The notes: generated by a model not told the origin, from the sequence alone. Positions 11,301-20,347 are shown, numbered from the stretch's first letter. The stretch is DNA of 58,667 nt from a virus (IMGVR_UViG_3300025082_000009:1-58667), one strand, 5' to 3'. Numbers and translations: made by a program.

Positions 11301-11752
11301 CATGCATTGTTGACCGTCCCAAAAACCTCAAGAGATTGGCAGAGAATATCAAAACTTACAGCCCTGAAGGAGACTTCAGTCACGAGGAGATTATTCAGTT
11401 TAAGACAGATTTAACTGGAGTCTTCCCCATCAACTTGGTCATAGGAACAGAGAAGATCGAAAAACTTAAGGAGAAGTTTGTTCCACCAATCTCTGAATTC
11501 GACCCCGCGTTGACTTTGTGCTGGTTTATTCCTCGAAAGATTATCGAGCGCAAGACCAAGAATGGCAAGTTATATTGGATTGTGGAAGTGATTGATTCAA
11601 ATAATGAATCAACGAGGATTCGATGCTGGGGCGTTAAGCCACACAAGGATACCATCCGTATTAATCGACCCTATATGGCAAAGCTTAAGTACGATGAGAA
11701 CTGGGGATTTTCCACATATGCAATTGGCAAAACATTTAGACTATTAGGATAA
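8309..11752 (+). CDS. dnaE: DNA polymerase III alpha subunit (family C)
   Basis: PHP motifs HAH, TDHGN, TADSHY; GPGRGSAAGSL, PDIDYD, HAGGVV, KFDLLGL, YGFNKSH. Confidence 0.95.
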   Translation: MTRTTSKIKFVGLHAHSVAGSIFDAIGYPQDHMDFAYENGMAALALTDHGNMNGLAYQVIHAKKMRAEGKDFKPIFGVEAYFTTSVKEWREAYDEAMADKKRARATKKTTQSGATTEDEGDTKASQPILKRRRHLILLAQNQTGLNNLFKLVSKSYTEEYFYRYPRMDYDLLREHSEGVIAASACLGGVYAGNYWENREEGSEAVLEAMRETTREMVSIFGDRWYAELQWNNIPEQHELNQYVIEIAKEFGLKLISTADSHYPTPGSWKDREMYKQLGWLGKGKPSWKTDEGEDESVLPESTDVIGYELYPKNGDQMWESYKKYCALQGTEYDDELVRQSIERTHQIAYERIETFLPDTTVRLPDFVVPEGLTATQALFRAATGGLEALGFHENEEYTARLKRELDVIDDRGFCKYFLTMKAIADTATDMMLTGPGRGSAAGSLVAYVLGITQVDPIKYGLLFSRFLRSDATDYPDIDYDISDSMVIKEKLVDMWGKDCVAPISNWNTLQLRSLIKDISKLYDIPFTEANTVTSVMIREATPEAKKKHGIRAGIYAPTWEEVMEFSPSLQKYLNKYPTVKAHVEGLVGQVRSCSRHAGGVVIAEELDRSMPLINSGGVRQAPWAEGQNVRHLEPMGFIKFDLLGLSTLKMMEGCIEHILRRHHGVAEPTFAQVREYYEKTLHPDNLDFDNQEVYENVFHAGKWAGIFQFTEQGAQGFCKRAKPNSIVDISAVTSIFRPGPLSAGVDADYVEAKNHPHRISYISEAAQEITEETYGFLIFQEQIALLAHRLGGLTLDEGNMLRKVLTKKGTGKNSVKGKLHDKFINGCAANGISVDVSQGLWDKFEFFSGYGFNKSHAVSYSIISFQCAWLWNYYPAEWMAAFLDKEPESRKEKAINIAKKYGFDIAPLDINKSGTVWEISEDGKTLIQPLTSIKGFGDSAIQQVLEHRPFNTAEELLFNEEVVYSKLNKKCLDALCRGGALDELIDDRFTGMKHFWSACIVDRPKNLKRLAENIKTYSPEGDFSHEEIIQFKTDLTGVFPINLVIGTEKIEKLKEKFVPPISEFDPALTLCWFIPRKIIERKTKNGKLYWIVEVIDSNNESTRIRCWGVKPHKDTIRINRPYMAKLKYDENWGFSTYAIGKTFRLLG

Positions 11753-11756
11753 AACG

Positions 11757-12362
11757 ATGAACGTAATAGTAGACCATAGCGCCCTGTTCAAAAAGGTGGA
11801 GTTAGTAGACGATCTCCCTGTTGTCATTCGAGTGAGAAAGTTCACAGAGGACTCCGCAAAGGAATTTTCAGAGCTAATGTGCAAAGCTCAAAACACCGGA
11901 CAGCCCGTGATACCGGTTATCATCGACAGCTATGGTGGACAAGTCTATAGTTTGATGTCTATGATATCAGATATCCGCCACGCTACTCTCCCCGTGGCCA
12001 CCATCATTCAGGGAAAGGCAATGAGTTGCGGCGCCATCCTTGCGAGCTTTGGCGACGAAGGGCGCAGATATATGGATCCCGATGCCACCCTTATGATTCA
12101 CGACGTATCTTCAATGAACTGGGGGAAAGTAGAAGAAGTAAAGGCCTCTGCGGAAGAAACTGAACGCCTCAATAAAAAGGTCTATCGAATGATGGCGAGA
12201 AATTGTGGCCACCAGGAAGACTATTTCTTGAAAATTGTACACCAGAAGGGGCACGCTGATTGGTTTTTGGACTATGAAGAGGCCTCGCGCCACAACCTCA
12301 TCAACCATGCGCACGTTCCGAAGCTGAAAATATATACTAATGTTGAATTTGACTTTGGCTAA
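11757..12362 (+). CDS. clpP: ClpP-family protease, copy 1 (Ser-His-Asp intact)
   Basis: IDSYGG, GKAMSCG, MIHD, ADWFL. Confidence 0.85.
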   Translation: MNVIVDHSALFKKVELVDDLPVVIRVRKFTEDSAKEFSELMCKAQNTGQPVIPVIIDSYGGQVYSLMSMISDIRHATLPVATIIQGKAMSCGAILASFGDEGRRYMDPDATLMIHDVSSMNWGKVEEVKASAEETERLNKKVYRMMARNCGHQEDYFLKIVHQKGHADWFLDYEEASRHNLINHAHVPKLKIYTNVEFDFG

Positions 12363-12376
12363 ACACTACTTATGAT

Positions 12377-13084
12377 ATGTCTACCTCTACTCAATTTCGA
12401 TGGAAGCGATCGCTTAACGGGCTTCGTTTTCTCCACGAAGAGCATGCTATAATATGTGAGGTGGCTAAATCCTCTGGTCCAGAATTTCAAGAATACTATG
12501 AGAAGTTCTGTGCCGAACATGGCATCGACATCGCAGAGCTAAATGCTAAACATGCCGAAAGAGTAAGAGAGGCGTATGGGATCGAGGAAAACCTAGGTCA
12601 ACTTTCTGATGAACAGATAGAAGAGCAGAAAGTATCACCAGCCGAAGAAACCGCAGTTATCAAATTTCAAGGATCTGCTGGCGAAGAAGGGGAGGCTGCT
12701 ATCGACAAGGAGATGCATGAGACATTCACGCGACTATTTAAGGCTATAGCGACCCATGTTCATCCCGATAAAGCCCGCGATGACTTCACTAGAGACTTAT
12801 TTGAGGAAGCGTTCAAAGAGGCAAAGCATGCGCTAGACAAGCAGCAGTACTTTAAATTACTAGAAATGGCAGAAGAGCTTGACATTGAGTTGCCAAAGAA
12901 TTATAATGAACAAATAAGCTGGATGGAAACAGAGCAGAAAAGATTGAGAAACTCAATTCAAAAAGCTACGCAAACATATAACTATCTCTTTTATGATTGT
13001 GATTCCGATGATAGGCGAGACAATCTGATTCGCAGTTTCCTCAAACAACTATTTGGTTTTGAAATTCCTCAAAAAAACACTTGA
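12377..13084 (+). CDS. J-domain-containing protein (internal HPD motif)
   Basis: FKAIATHVHPDK...FEEAFKEAKHA. Confidence 0.65.
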   Translation: MSTSTQFRWKRSLNGLRFLHEEHAIICEVAKSSGPEFQEYYEKFCAEHGIDIAELNAKHAERVREAYGIEENLGQLSDEQIEEQKVSPAEETAVIKFQGSAGEEGEAAIDKEMHETFTRLFKAIATHVHPDKARDDFTRDLFEEAFKEAKHALDKQQYFKLLEMAEELDIELPKNYNEQISWMETEQKRLRNSIQKATQTYNYLFYDCDSDDRRDNLIRSFLKQLFGFEIPQKNT

Positions 13085-13109
13085 CTTTTGATTCCAACTC
13101 AGCTATAAT
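13081..13109 (+). promoter_or_regulatory. sigma70-type promoter
   Basis: TTGACT-17 nt-TATAAT; AAGGAGG SD downstream. Confidence 0.8.
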
Positions 13110-13134
13110 AAGAATGAACCAATAAGGAGGGCTT

Positions 13135-13386
13135 GTGGCCAATACACTAAAAGAGAAACAAAAGTACGTGAAGGAATATATCCGCTCACTTAACGCCATT
13201 GAAGAGGCAATGGAGCCATACAAGGAACAACGACGGGAGCTACGTAGCGAGTACCGCGAAAATCGCTGGCTCGACACAGATGAGATCCGAGCAGCAGTCA
13301 AAGCTTACCGCTTGTTTAAGGGAAAGATTAACATTGACGAAGTGGTGGACAACTACAACCTTCTTACAAAGGGAGAAGATCAGTGA
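13135..13386 (+). CDS. Small coiled-coil protein, possibly T4 DsbA/GapR-like DNA-binding
   Basis: 83 aa helical pattern KEYIRSLNAIEE..RRELRSEY..LD..EIRAAVK; strong SD. Confidence 0.45.
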   Translation: MANTLKEKQKYVKEYIRSLNAIEEAMEPYKEQRRELRSEYRENRWLDTDEIRAAVKAYRLFKGKINIDEVVDNYNLLTKGEDQ

Positions 13387-13844
13387 TTCTTGAATATTCA
13401 AAGGTTCGCGGCAATGCACGATCGCCTGATCGTGCAAATCCGTCTGATGCTGGGCTTGATTTATTTCACTGTCCGGAAGAGGGCTGTGTCGCTGGCCGCT
13501 GGTTGAGACCCGGACAATCGGGACTCTTCCAGACTGGCTTGAGGTTCGGGATTCCACACGGATATATGCTCGAAGTAAAGAACCGTTCAGGTAACGCTGC
13601 AAAAAAGCACCTCCTTGTCGGAGCCTGCGTAGTAGACAGTGGCTATGATGGAGAGGTCTTCGTCAACCTTCACAATGTTGGAAAAGAGCCACAATTCATT
13701 CACGCAGATATGAAGATCGCACAAGTTGTGCTGATTCCTGTTGTACACTTCCGCGCCATCGAGCGCACTGCCGGCAATCTATATGATTACCCAATGACAA
13801 TTAGTGAACGAGGCGCCGGGTCTTTAGGGAGCACAGATCAATGA
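13383..13844 (+). CDS. dut: Trimeric dUTPase
   Basis: AGLDL, RSG, VVDSGYDG, IAQ, RGAGSLGST. Confidence 0.95.
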   Translation: MILEYSKVRGNARSPDRANPSDAGLDLFHCPEEGCVAGRWLRPGQSGLFQTGLRFGIPHGYMLEVKNRSGNAAKKHLLVGACVVDSGYDGEVFVNLHNVGKEPQFIHADMKIAQVVLIPVVHFRAIERTAGNLYDYPMTISERGAGSLGSTDQ

Positions 13845-14431
13845 TGGATAGTCGTGTTTATATTGAGCATTTTGAGAAGGATTTTTACAAATCTGTATAT
13901 AGGCGATGGCGCCTAGATTCTGAAAAAGCAGCAAAGGATATTGTAGGAGAAGAGTATGAATCTTTCAGGAGCACCATCTATAAACAACACGGCTTTAGTG
14001 TTGTAGAGGAGAAAAGTCGAAAGACTATTGGTGGGTACGACGCGGACTTGGCGATCGAGCGCGACGGCGAAATTATCATCGTTGAAGAAGCAAAGGGACA
14101 TTATGTAGATTCGTGCTTCCTGCAACGCGCAATTAGCAGTTGTGCAATTGTGGTTGCGCACTGTATATCTGAAAACAAAGAGCCGCCACATTTTGTTTTA
14201 AGCTGTCCTACCAAGATGAATAATTATTCAGAAGTGTTCGACCGTCAATGTGCGTTATATCGCGAGGACATTCGCCATTACTTAAAAACAAAGTTTACAT
14301 ATCTTCCAGTGTGTGCCCACGGCCGTGTCGGTCGCCGTAAGTATTACGCTAATGAGGAGAACTGCTTCACTTTGAACGAAGAACTGGTACAGCAACAACT
14401 TTCATTTTTAGAGGGCATGAAGAATGATTGA
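13841..14431 (+). CDS. PD-(D/E)xK nuclease, putative restriction endonuclease
   Basis: ADLAI...VEEAKG; coupled to downstream MTase. Confidence 0.55.
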   Translation: MMDSRVYIEHFEKDFYKSVYRRWRLDSEKAAKDIVGEEYESFRSTIYKQHGFSVVEEKSRKTIGGYDADLAIERDGEIIIVEEAKGHYVDSCFLQRAISSCAIVVAHCISENKEPPHFVLSCPTKMNNYSEVFDRQCALYREDIRHYLKTKFTYLPVCAHGRVGRRKYYANEENCFTLNEELVQQQLSFLEGMKND

Positions 14432-15155
14432 TGAGATTTTAACTGGGGATTGCCTCGAACGACTCAAGGAGTTGCCAGATAATTCGATTGACATGGTACT
14501 CTGCGACTTGCCGTACGGCACGACTCAATGCAAGTGGGACACTATTATACCTTTTGAGCCTTTATGGGCGGAGTATAATCGAGTGTGTAAGATAAATGCG
14601 CCAATGGTCTTCACAGCCTCGCAGCCTTTTACGAGCCAGCTTATAAATTCTAATATTAAAAATTTCAAATATACATGGGTATGGGAAAAGTCAAAGGCAA
14701 CAGGCTACTTGAATGCAAAACGCATGCCAATGAGAGCCCATGAGGATGTCTGTGTATTTTATCGCAAGCCTCCGGTATACAATCCGCGTATGCGGCAAGG
14801 CACCCCCTACAACAAGGGCCGCGCCCATCGCCCTACTGAAGTGTATGGTTCTCAAGTCTCTACCTTGGTGAAGAATGATACAGGTCTGCGGTATCCAAGA
14901 ACTGTAGTATACTTTAAGACAGCAGAATCGGAAGGTAAGGTTCTTCACCCTACTCAAAAGCCGGTTGAATTGTTTAAATATTTAATCGAAACTTATTCTA
15001 ACGAAGGCGATGTTATTTTAGACTCGTGCATAGGCGTTGGTACGACGGCACTGGCAGCTATACAGAGCGATCGCCACTATATTGGTATTGAACTGGATCC
15101 AAAGTATGTTTCCATAACCAATCACCGAATTAAAGAATTGAAGGAAAGCAAATGA
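14424..15155 (+). CDS. Beta-class N4/N6 DNA methyltransferase
   Basis: GDCLE, DLPYG, HPTQKP, ILDSCIGVGTT, IGIE. Confidence 0.9.
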   Translation: MIDEILTGDCLERLKELPDNSIDMVLCDLPYGTTQCKWDTIIPFEPLWAEYNRVCKINAPMVFTASQPFTSQLINSNIKNFKYTWVWEKSKATGYLNAKRMPMRAHEDVCVFYRKPPVYNPRMRQGTPYNKGRAHRPTEVYGSQVSTLVKNDTGLRYPRTVVYFKTAESEGKVLHPTQKPVELFKYLIETYSNEGDVILDSCIGVGTTALAAIQSDRHYIGIELDPKYVSITNHRIKELKESK

Positions 15156-15643
15156 ATAAAGCAACGCAAAAGACAATGTTTAGCTCTGCCACTGGCAAAT
15201 GGTCGACACCCCAAGAATTTTTCGACAAACTAAATTGGAGATTTGGACCCTTTAGTCTTGATCCGTGTGCGTCAGAAGAAAACACAAAGTGTGCAAAATT
15301 CTTCACAGAAGCAGACGACGGGCTTACCAAGGATTGGACAGGGCATACGGCTTTTGTTAATCCCCCATATGGCCGCGGTATTGATCAGTGGATTCAGAAG
15401 GCTTATGAATCAGCCGAAGCCGACGCAGACACCAAGGTCGTTATGTTGATTCCGGCACGAACCGATACCAAGTATTGGCATGACTATGTGATGAAGGCAG
15501 AGTATGTCTATTTCATTAAGGGCCGCCTCAAGTTTGGTGATAGCAAGAATTGTGCGCCATTCCCATCTGCCGTGGTGGTATTCCGCAAGCACCCCACGTG
15601 GGCGCTGGGTGCTCTTCCATCGATGGGAGTACTAACACGATGA
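15152..15643 (+). CDS. Phage-type DNA N6-adenine methyltransferase
   Basis: WSTPQEFF, LDPCAS, NPPYG, MLIPARTDT, GRLKF. Confidence 0.9.
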   Translation: MNKATQKTMFSSATGKWSTPQEFFDKLNWRFGPFSLDPCASEENTKCAKFFTEADDGLTKDWTGHTAFVNPPYGRGIDQWIQKAYESAEADADTKVVMLIPARTDTKYWHDYVMKAEYVYFIKGRLKFGDSKNCAPFPSAVVVFRKHPTWALGALPSMGVLTR

Positions 15644-15894
15644 ATCGAAAACAGCGCAGGACAGCGGATGCGAAGCGCCGAAAGGCAGATAGCCAGCAAA
15701 TGATGGAGGACAAGTTGATGATGTTTGGACACTTGCCAGAGAGTTGCTCCGTTTGTTCAGCGTCTTTCGATAAGTCGGACCGAGAGATGGTCTTTTCTTG
15801 GAAGGTGGTGGTTCGAGAAGAAAAAGAGTCAGTTACACTATTCTGCCCAGATTGTATTAAAAAAACACAGGAGGCATTAGCCAATGCCAGTTAA
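15640..15894 (+). CDS. Hypothetical Zn-ribbon protein
   Basis: MNRKQRR start overlapping upstream stop; CSVC...CPDC. Confidence 0.6.
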   Translation: MNRKQRRTADAKRRKADSQQMMEDKLMMFGHLPESCSVCSASFDKSDREMVFSWKVVVREEKESVTLFCPDCIKKTQEALANAS

Positions 15895-16252
15895 CAGGAT
15901 TTCCGAGAACGCTTTACGAAAGCTTATCAAGGGGCATATCGACCAAGAAGCTCTTTGTGTCATAAAGTTTTACTCCAATGGGTGTGACTATTGTTCAGCA
16001 CTGCATGATCGCTACGTGGAGTTATCCGACTCGAACGAAGAACAGTCCGTACATTTCTTTGCATTTAACGTAGACGACGCCAACAATCTAGACTCTCTTA
16101 TTAAAATAAACGGAGTCCCGACGATTGCTAGTGTGAAAACTGGGCTTATAAAGCCCCGCGTGAGAATTTTAAAAGATCCCAAGCCTCCTCATGAGAATAC
16201 TTGGTATCACTCTGGGGATATTGAAGAATTTATCCAGCGAGGAAAGTCATGA
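15884..16252 (+). CDS. Thioredoxin-like protein
   Basis: IKFYSNGCDYC, INGVPTI. Confidence 0.75.
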   Translation: MPVNRISENALRKLIKGHIDQEALCVIKFYSNGCDYCSALHDRYVELSDSNEEQSVHFFAFNVDDANNLDSLIKINGVPTIASVKTGLIKPRVRILKDPKPPHENTWYHSGDIEEFIQRGKS

Positions 16253-16497
16253 GAGAGGGTGAACCAAAGAGAACGCGATCGACCGACTTCATAAGAACGG
16301 AAGATGGTAAGATCTATCTACCTCGACCAAAGGGCTGGATGCACGGAATGGGATTGCAGAGCCTATTTAGAAAAACCCTTAACGAACAGATCCATATAGC
16401 ATCACCAGAATACTGGGAGACACTAAAGAAAGACAACAAGATGCTAACATTGCTAATGATATCCGATACAGAACACAAAGTGATTGTAAAACCCTAA
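16249..16497 (+). CDS. Hypothetical protein
   Basis: ATGA overlap with upstream gene, GAGG SD. Confidence 0.5.
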   Translation: MREGEPKRTRSTDFIRTEDGKIYLPRPKGWMHGMGLQSLFRKTLNEQIHIASPEYWETLKKDNKMLTLLMISDTEHKVIVKP

Positions 16498-16565
16498 CGC
16501 AAAGCAACCCCCGAGGACACAGACAGTAAGTGGGAAACAGAAAGCAAGATACAAGAGGAGCCGTC

Positions 16566-16760
16566 ATGAATGAAATAGAGAAAGTTAGAGATGAACTCGG
16601 AGACGAAAAAGCTAAAAGACTCAATCAGTTAAGAGAATACTCAAAAGCGATAGTAAACATGTCTTTGTGCAGAGATCTGCAGGGGAAGAAAGCTCTAGCC
16701 GATTGTTTAAACGAAGTCAACGAGATATTGGCTGAAGCGGGATTGGTGTCAAACAGATGA
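16566..16760 (+). CDS. Hypothetical protein
   Basis: GAGGAG SD before ATG 16566. Confidence 0.55.
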   Translation: MNEIEKVRDELGDEKAKRLNQLREYSKAIVNMSLCRDLQGKKALADCLNEVNEILAEAGLVSNR

Positions 16761-16990
16761 ATCCTCTTATTAAATCTGGAGACTTGGTGAAACACAAGGC
16801 AACTTGGCACGACTATGGAGTTGGACTCGTTATTTGCAAAACAGGAGAGATCAATACGTGGGGAATGAGACACGATCCAGACGAGCACATGAGATGGTGG
16901 GTTCTTTGGACAAGCTCGCCCAGCAAGCCAGAACCTAACGGATATTCTATAACTTACGAAACGGACGTTACAATCGTCCATGCTGCATAA
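16757..16990 (+). CDS. KOW/SH3-like small protein (outlying GDLV-family member)
   Basis: IKSGDLVKH..GVGLVI..WVLW. Confidence 0.55.
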   Translation: MNPLIKSGDLVKHKATWHDYGVGLVICKTGEINTWGMRHDPDEHMRWWVLWTSSPSKPEPNGYSITYETDVTIVHAA

Positions 16991-17005
16991 AATAAAGGAA
17001 GCACA

Positions 17006-17179
17006 ATGAGAAGAGGACCAGCAGACAGACAGAGGCGCCGAGAGGCCGCCGAGGGGAGAGCCTTTGAGCGCTCAAACCGCACCGCACAACAGCAACTAGA
17101 TAAGCTAGATGCGCTCCTCGGAGAAGGTGCAGGCGCCGTTAAAGAACGCGCGCGCCTTGAAAAACAACTCCGAGACTAA
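17006..17179 (+). CDS. Hypothetical 57-aa protein not in ORF track
   Basis: AAGGAAG SD; MRRGPADRQRRR...KERARLEKQLRD*. Confidence 0.6.
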   Translation: MRRGPADRQRRREAAEGRAFERSNRTAQQQLDKLDALLGEGAGAVKERARLEKQLRD

Positions 17180-17194
17180 AGAGAGGTACAATTC

Positions 17195-17545
17195 ATGAGT
17201 ACAGCAAGACAACAATTCGTAGAAGTAGCCTTAATGAAGTTACGAGCGGAACTATTAGAACATAAGGCTATCATTGATGCTTATTTAGAGAGGCCGCTAT
17301 CTTCTATTAAAGACGAAGTTTATTTTAATGACATCGTAGAGCATGCCAAAGCAGTGGCTCTCTTGGAACACACCTACAGAATAGTGCAAACTACATACTT
17401 ACCGCCACCAGTCGCCCCGCCAGCACCGATTCCCTCTGACCCCACGGCAAAGGAAGCTGCCATCACCGAAGAAGACTTGGCGGCAAGGTCGCCAACTTTC
17501 CGAAAATCACAGAAGACCAAAAAGAAGAAAAAGGCAGACAAATGA
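17195..17545 (+). CDS. Hypothetical protein
   Basis: GAGG SD; coupled to IMPDH gene. Confidence 0.6.
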   Translation: MSTARQQFVEVALMKLRAELLEHKAIIDAYLERPLSSIKDEVYFNDIVEHAKAVALLEHTYRIVQTTYLPPPVAPPAPIPSDPTAKEAAITEEDLAARSPTFRKSQKTKKKKKADK

Positions 17546-18570
17546 ACAGGGCCCTGTCGTACGATGATGTACTCCTGGTTCCCCAGTATTCGGACATCGA
17601 CTCTCGCACGGAGATTGATATTGGCACCGATTTAGGAAAGAATATCAAGCTAACGTTGCCTATTATTGCTTCGCCGATGGATACTATCACGGGCACTCGC
17701 ATGGCGCTAGCCATGGCGACTGCCGGCGGTACAGGTGTGGTTCACCGCTACAATACCCCCGCTTCCCAATGTGAACAAATACACCAGCTTATGTTAGAAA
17801 CAGGGGCTGTCCCCCAAATTGGTGCGGCGATTGGGGTTAATGGAGACTATTTGGAGAGAGCACGCCAGTTGATCGCCGCCGGCGCCGGCTTTTTCTGTGT
17901 TGATGTAGCTCACGGTCATCATGCGATGGTGAAACGCGCGCTTCAGAAACTTCGAAATGAGTTTGGCGATAGTGTACACATCATGGCAGGAAATGTCGCA
18001 ACTCTCCAAGGGGTCAACGATCTCGCGGATTGGGGTGCAGATAGTGTGCGCTGTAATATTGGTGGTGGTTCTATTTGTTCCACACGAATTCAGACCGGCC
18101 ACGGCTTACCCGGCTTACAGACAATCTTCGAGTGCGCCAAGACCGACCGTGATGTAAAGATCATCGCTGACGGTGGCATTAAGAACTCTGGTGATATGGT
18201 GAAAGCCTTGGCTGCCGGCGCAGATGCAGTGATGGTCGGCTCTTTGCTCTCGGGCACGGACGAAACTCCAGGACCACTACAGAGGAGCCCCGATGGAACA
18301 CAATGGAAAGCTTACAGGGGAATGGCCAGCAAAGAGGCACAGATTTGTTGGCGAGGTAAATACTCTTCGTTTGAGGGAGTTGCAACGCGTGTTCCGTACC
18401 GCGGACCTGTGGGTGCAGTATTGGAAGATATTGAGAGAGGAATTCGTTCTGGACTATCTTATTCAGGCGCCCGAACGATTGTGGAACTCCAGGCTAAAGC
18501 CCAATTTGTAAGACAGACTACATCAGGATTGAGCGAGAGTAGGACACATATCCTGTCGAGGAGTTGGTGA
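17542..18570 (+). CDS. IMP dehydrogenase / GMP reductase family (no CBS domains)
   Basis: [46 protein letters not shown]. Confidence 0.9.
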   Translation: MNRALSYDDVLLVPQYSDIDSRTEIDIGTDLGKNIKLTLPIIASPMDTITGTRMALAMATAGGTGVVHRYNTPASQCEQIHQLMLETGAVPQIGAAIGVNGDYLERARQLIAAGAGFFCVDVAHGHHAMVKRALQKLRNEFGDSVHIMAGNVATLQGVNDLADWGADSVRCNIGGGSICSTRIQTGHGLPGLQTIFECAKTDRDVKIIADGGIKNSGDMVKALAAGADAVMVGSLLSGTDETPGPLQRSPDGTQWKAYRGMASKEAQICWRGKYSSFEGVATRVPYRGPVGAVLEDIERGIRSGLSYSGARTIVELQAKAQFVRQTTSGLSESRTHILSRSW

Positions 18571-18902
18571 TGAGCGATGAAGGTGAAGCAGACTATGGTA
18601 AGCTCAATAAGCGCGTGGTATTTTCAGACAACGAACATCGTCACGCCAAGCTTGTTCTTAAACTCAAACACGATGGGTTTAAACAGGGGCAATTCTTTAG
18701 AGCAATCATTACCGGCTACATTAATGACGATCCCGTGTTGCAACAGTTTGTTGACGAAGTGAAAGAGCAGTCTCCGAGGATTAAAAAGAAATCTCGCCGC
18801 CTCCGCGATCAAGGAGAAGCGACAATGAACGAACTCGGCTTTAACGAAGGTGATATAGAAAACATATTTGACCTTATTGAGCAAGAGCACCCGGACTTAT
18901 GA
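18570..18902 (+). CDS. Hypothetical protein
   Basis: GAGGAG SD; overlapping stop/start on both sides. Confidence 0.6.
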   Translation: MSDEGEADYGKLNKRVVFSDNEHRHAKLVLKLKHDGFKQGQFFRAIITGYINDDPVLQQFVDEVKEQSPRIKKKSRRLRDQGEATMNELGFNEGDIENIFDLIEQEHPDL

Positions 18903-19162
18903 AAAAGAATGACGGACTCACAGAATGCGCCCGCTGTTGCCGAAAGAATCTCTTAAATTGCCCACTCACAGAATGTAAAATGTGGATTAATTATGAAAAA
19001 GATAGCAATTGCACATTGGTGGCTATTTATAACAATGATCAAAAACCTATGACCTTAAGACAGATTGCAGAGCGTTTAGGAATCTCTTTTGCGAGAGTAA
19101 AACAGATTGAAACCAAGGCGTTCGCGAAACTTAAAAAACATCTAGTTGAGAAACCTTATTAA
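18899..19162 (+). CDS. Stand-alone sigma70 region-4 HTH protein with Cys-rich N-terminus
   Basis: PMTLRQIAERLGISFARVKQIETKAFAKLK matches sigma70 r4; several Cys in N-terminal half. Confidence 0.75.
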   Translation: MKKNDGLTECARCCRKNLLNCPLTECKMWINYEKDSNCTLVAIYNNDQKPMTLRQIAERLGISFARVKQIETKAFAKLKKHLVEKPY

Positions 19163-19233
19163 GTTTTAGGCACATTGACATTTGTACTACTATTTATTGA
19201 TGAGTTTATGTAAATAAACAAGGAGATTTTATA

Positions 19234-19872
19234 ATGGCTCGTAAGACTTTGTTAACCGAGAGCGAACTTCGCCGCTTCATGAAGCTCGCTGATATGCGCC
19301 CCGTAGGGGAAAAAAGAATTCAAGAAATGGGAGCGCCGCCTTATCCCGGTGCTCGCGATGAAGAAGAAGAAGTAGAGGCCGAGGTAGAACTCGGACCTGC
19401 GGATGACGTGCCTATGGGCGAACCAATGGACGAGCCAATGGACGAGCCAATGGAGGAACCTATGGACGAGCCAATGGACGAGCCAATGGACGACATGTCC
19501 GTTGAAGCAGACCCAGCGGTGGAAGCTAAATTTGCCGAGTTTATGACGCAAGTGGCAGCAGTCGCTCAAGAAGTCCTCGGCATCGAGGTCGATGTTGAAG
19601 AAGCTCCAGCAGCCGGAGACGAACTCGGCGGAGAAGAAGACATAGAAATGGACGCTGCAGCAGTAGAAATGGAGCCAATGGGCGATCTCCCGGGAGAGGC
19701 CGAAGAAGGAGGTGAAGAACTTGAATTTGGCTCAGAAGAAGAAGAAGACCCAGAGGCTGCAATGGTCGCTGAAGTCGCTCGACGCGTTGCTGTGCGCCTC
19801 CAAAGAGAGGGGCGCAAAGCAGAAGTTGTCGACCAACTAGCCGAAAGAATCATGAAGAGGCTCACAAAATAG
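19234..19872 (+). CDS. Very acidic low-complexity protein, possible scaffold/internal head protein
   Basis: AAGGAG SD; Glu/Asp-rich; EPMD repeats; LLTE N-terminal motif. Confidence 0.6.
   Translation: MARKTLLTESELRRFMKLADMRPVGEKRIQEMGAPPYPGARDEEEEVEAEVELGPADDVPMGEPMDEPMDEPMEEPMDEPMDEPMDDMSVEADPAVEAKFAEFMTQVAAVAQEVLGIEVDVEEAPAAGDELGGEEDIEMDAAAVEMEPMGDLPGEAEEGGEELEFGSEEEEDPEAAMVAEVARRVAVRLQREGRKAEVVDQLAERIMKRLTK
19420..19491 (+). repeat. 12-bp coding tandem repeat x6 (EPMD)
   Basis: GAGCCAATGGAC units. Confidence 0.9.
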
Positions 19873-19901
19873 TTGACAAAATAATACGAGAGTGTTAAGA
19901 T
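19873..19901 (+). promoter_or_regulatory. sigma70-type promoter
   Basis: TTGACA-17 nt-TAAGAT with extended TG. Confidence 0.6.
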
Positions 19902-19938
19902 ATAACCATCGACCTCTTAAGGCGATGGTTATTTTTTT
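19902..19938 (+). terminator. Rho-independent terminator
   Basis: ATAACCATCG...CGATGGTTAT hairpin followed by T7. Confidence 0.75.
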
Positions 19939-19948
19939 ATAGAGAATT

Positions 19949-20347
19949 ATGAATTATTTATTAATGACGCTGGTCTTTATCTTTGGGTATTTGACCTGCA
20001 AGGTATTTTATTATCTCAAATCAGCAAGACTTAGTATTCAGCTTATACAGATGTCAAATCTTGTTTCGCTCTTTCTTTTAACTCGCGCTTTGGAGAATTT
20101 TGAACATTCTCGAGTTCTTTGCCTTAAAGACTTACGAGAAAAAGATATCTCCGAACGCAATTTGAAGATTTATGAAGAGAATTTAGATTTAGAAATTGAA
20201 TTATTTAAGAAGCGCTCAATATCGCTGCTTTTGGAGGTTCATCCGGATTTTTTCCAAGGAGTGGTTCCCTATACTGACTGGAGTTCTGCAATGAATTATT
20301 TAGAATCCAATAGAAATGTCATCATGAGCACCTATTTAGAAAAGTAA
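19949..20347 (+). CDS. Hypothetical protein with N-terminal TM helix
   Basis: MNYLLMTLVFIFGYLTCKVFYY. Confidence 0.6.
   Translation: MNYLLMTLVFIFGYLTCKVFYYLKSARLSIQLIQMSNLVSLFLLTRALENFEHSRVLCLKDLREKDISERNLKIYEENLDLEIELFKKRSISLLLEVHPDFFQGVVPYTDWSSAMNYLESNRNVIMSTYLEK

Noticed and set aside
3242-11752. Inteins or introns in nrdJ or dnaE
   Set aside because: Lengths and motif order are continuous; no intein splice motifs or homing endonuclease insert noticed.
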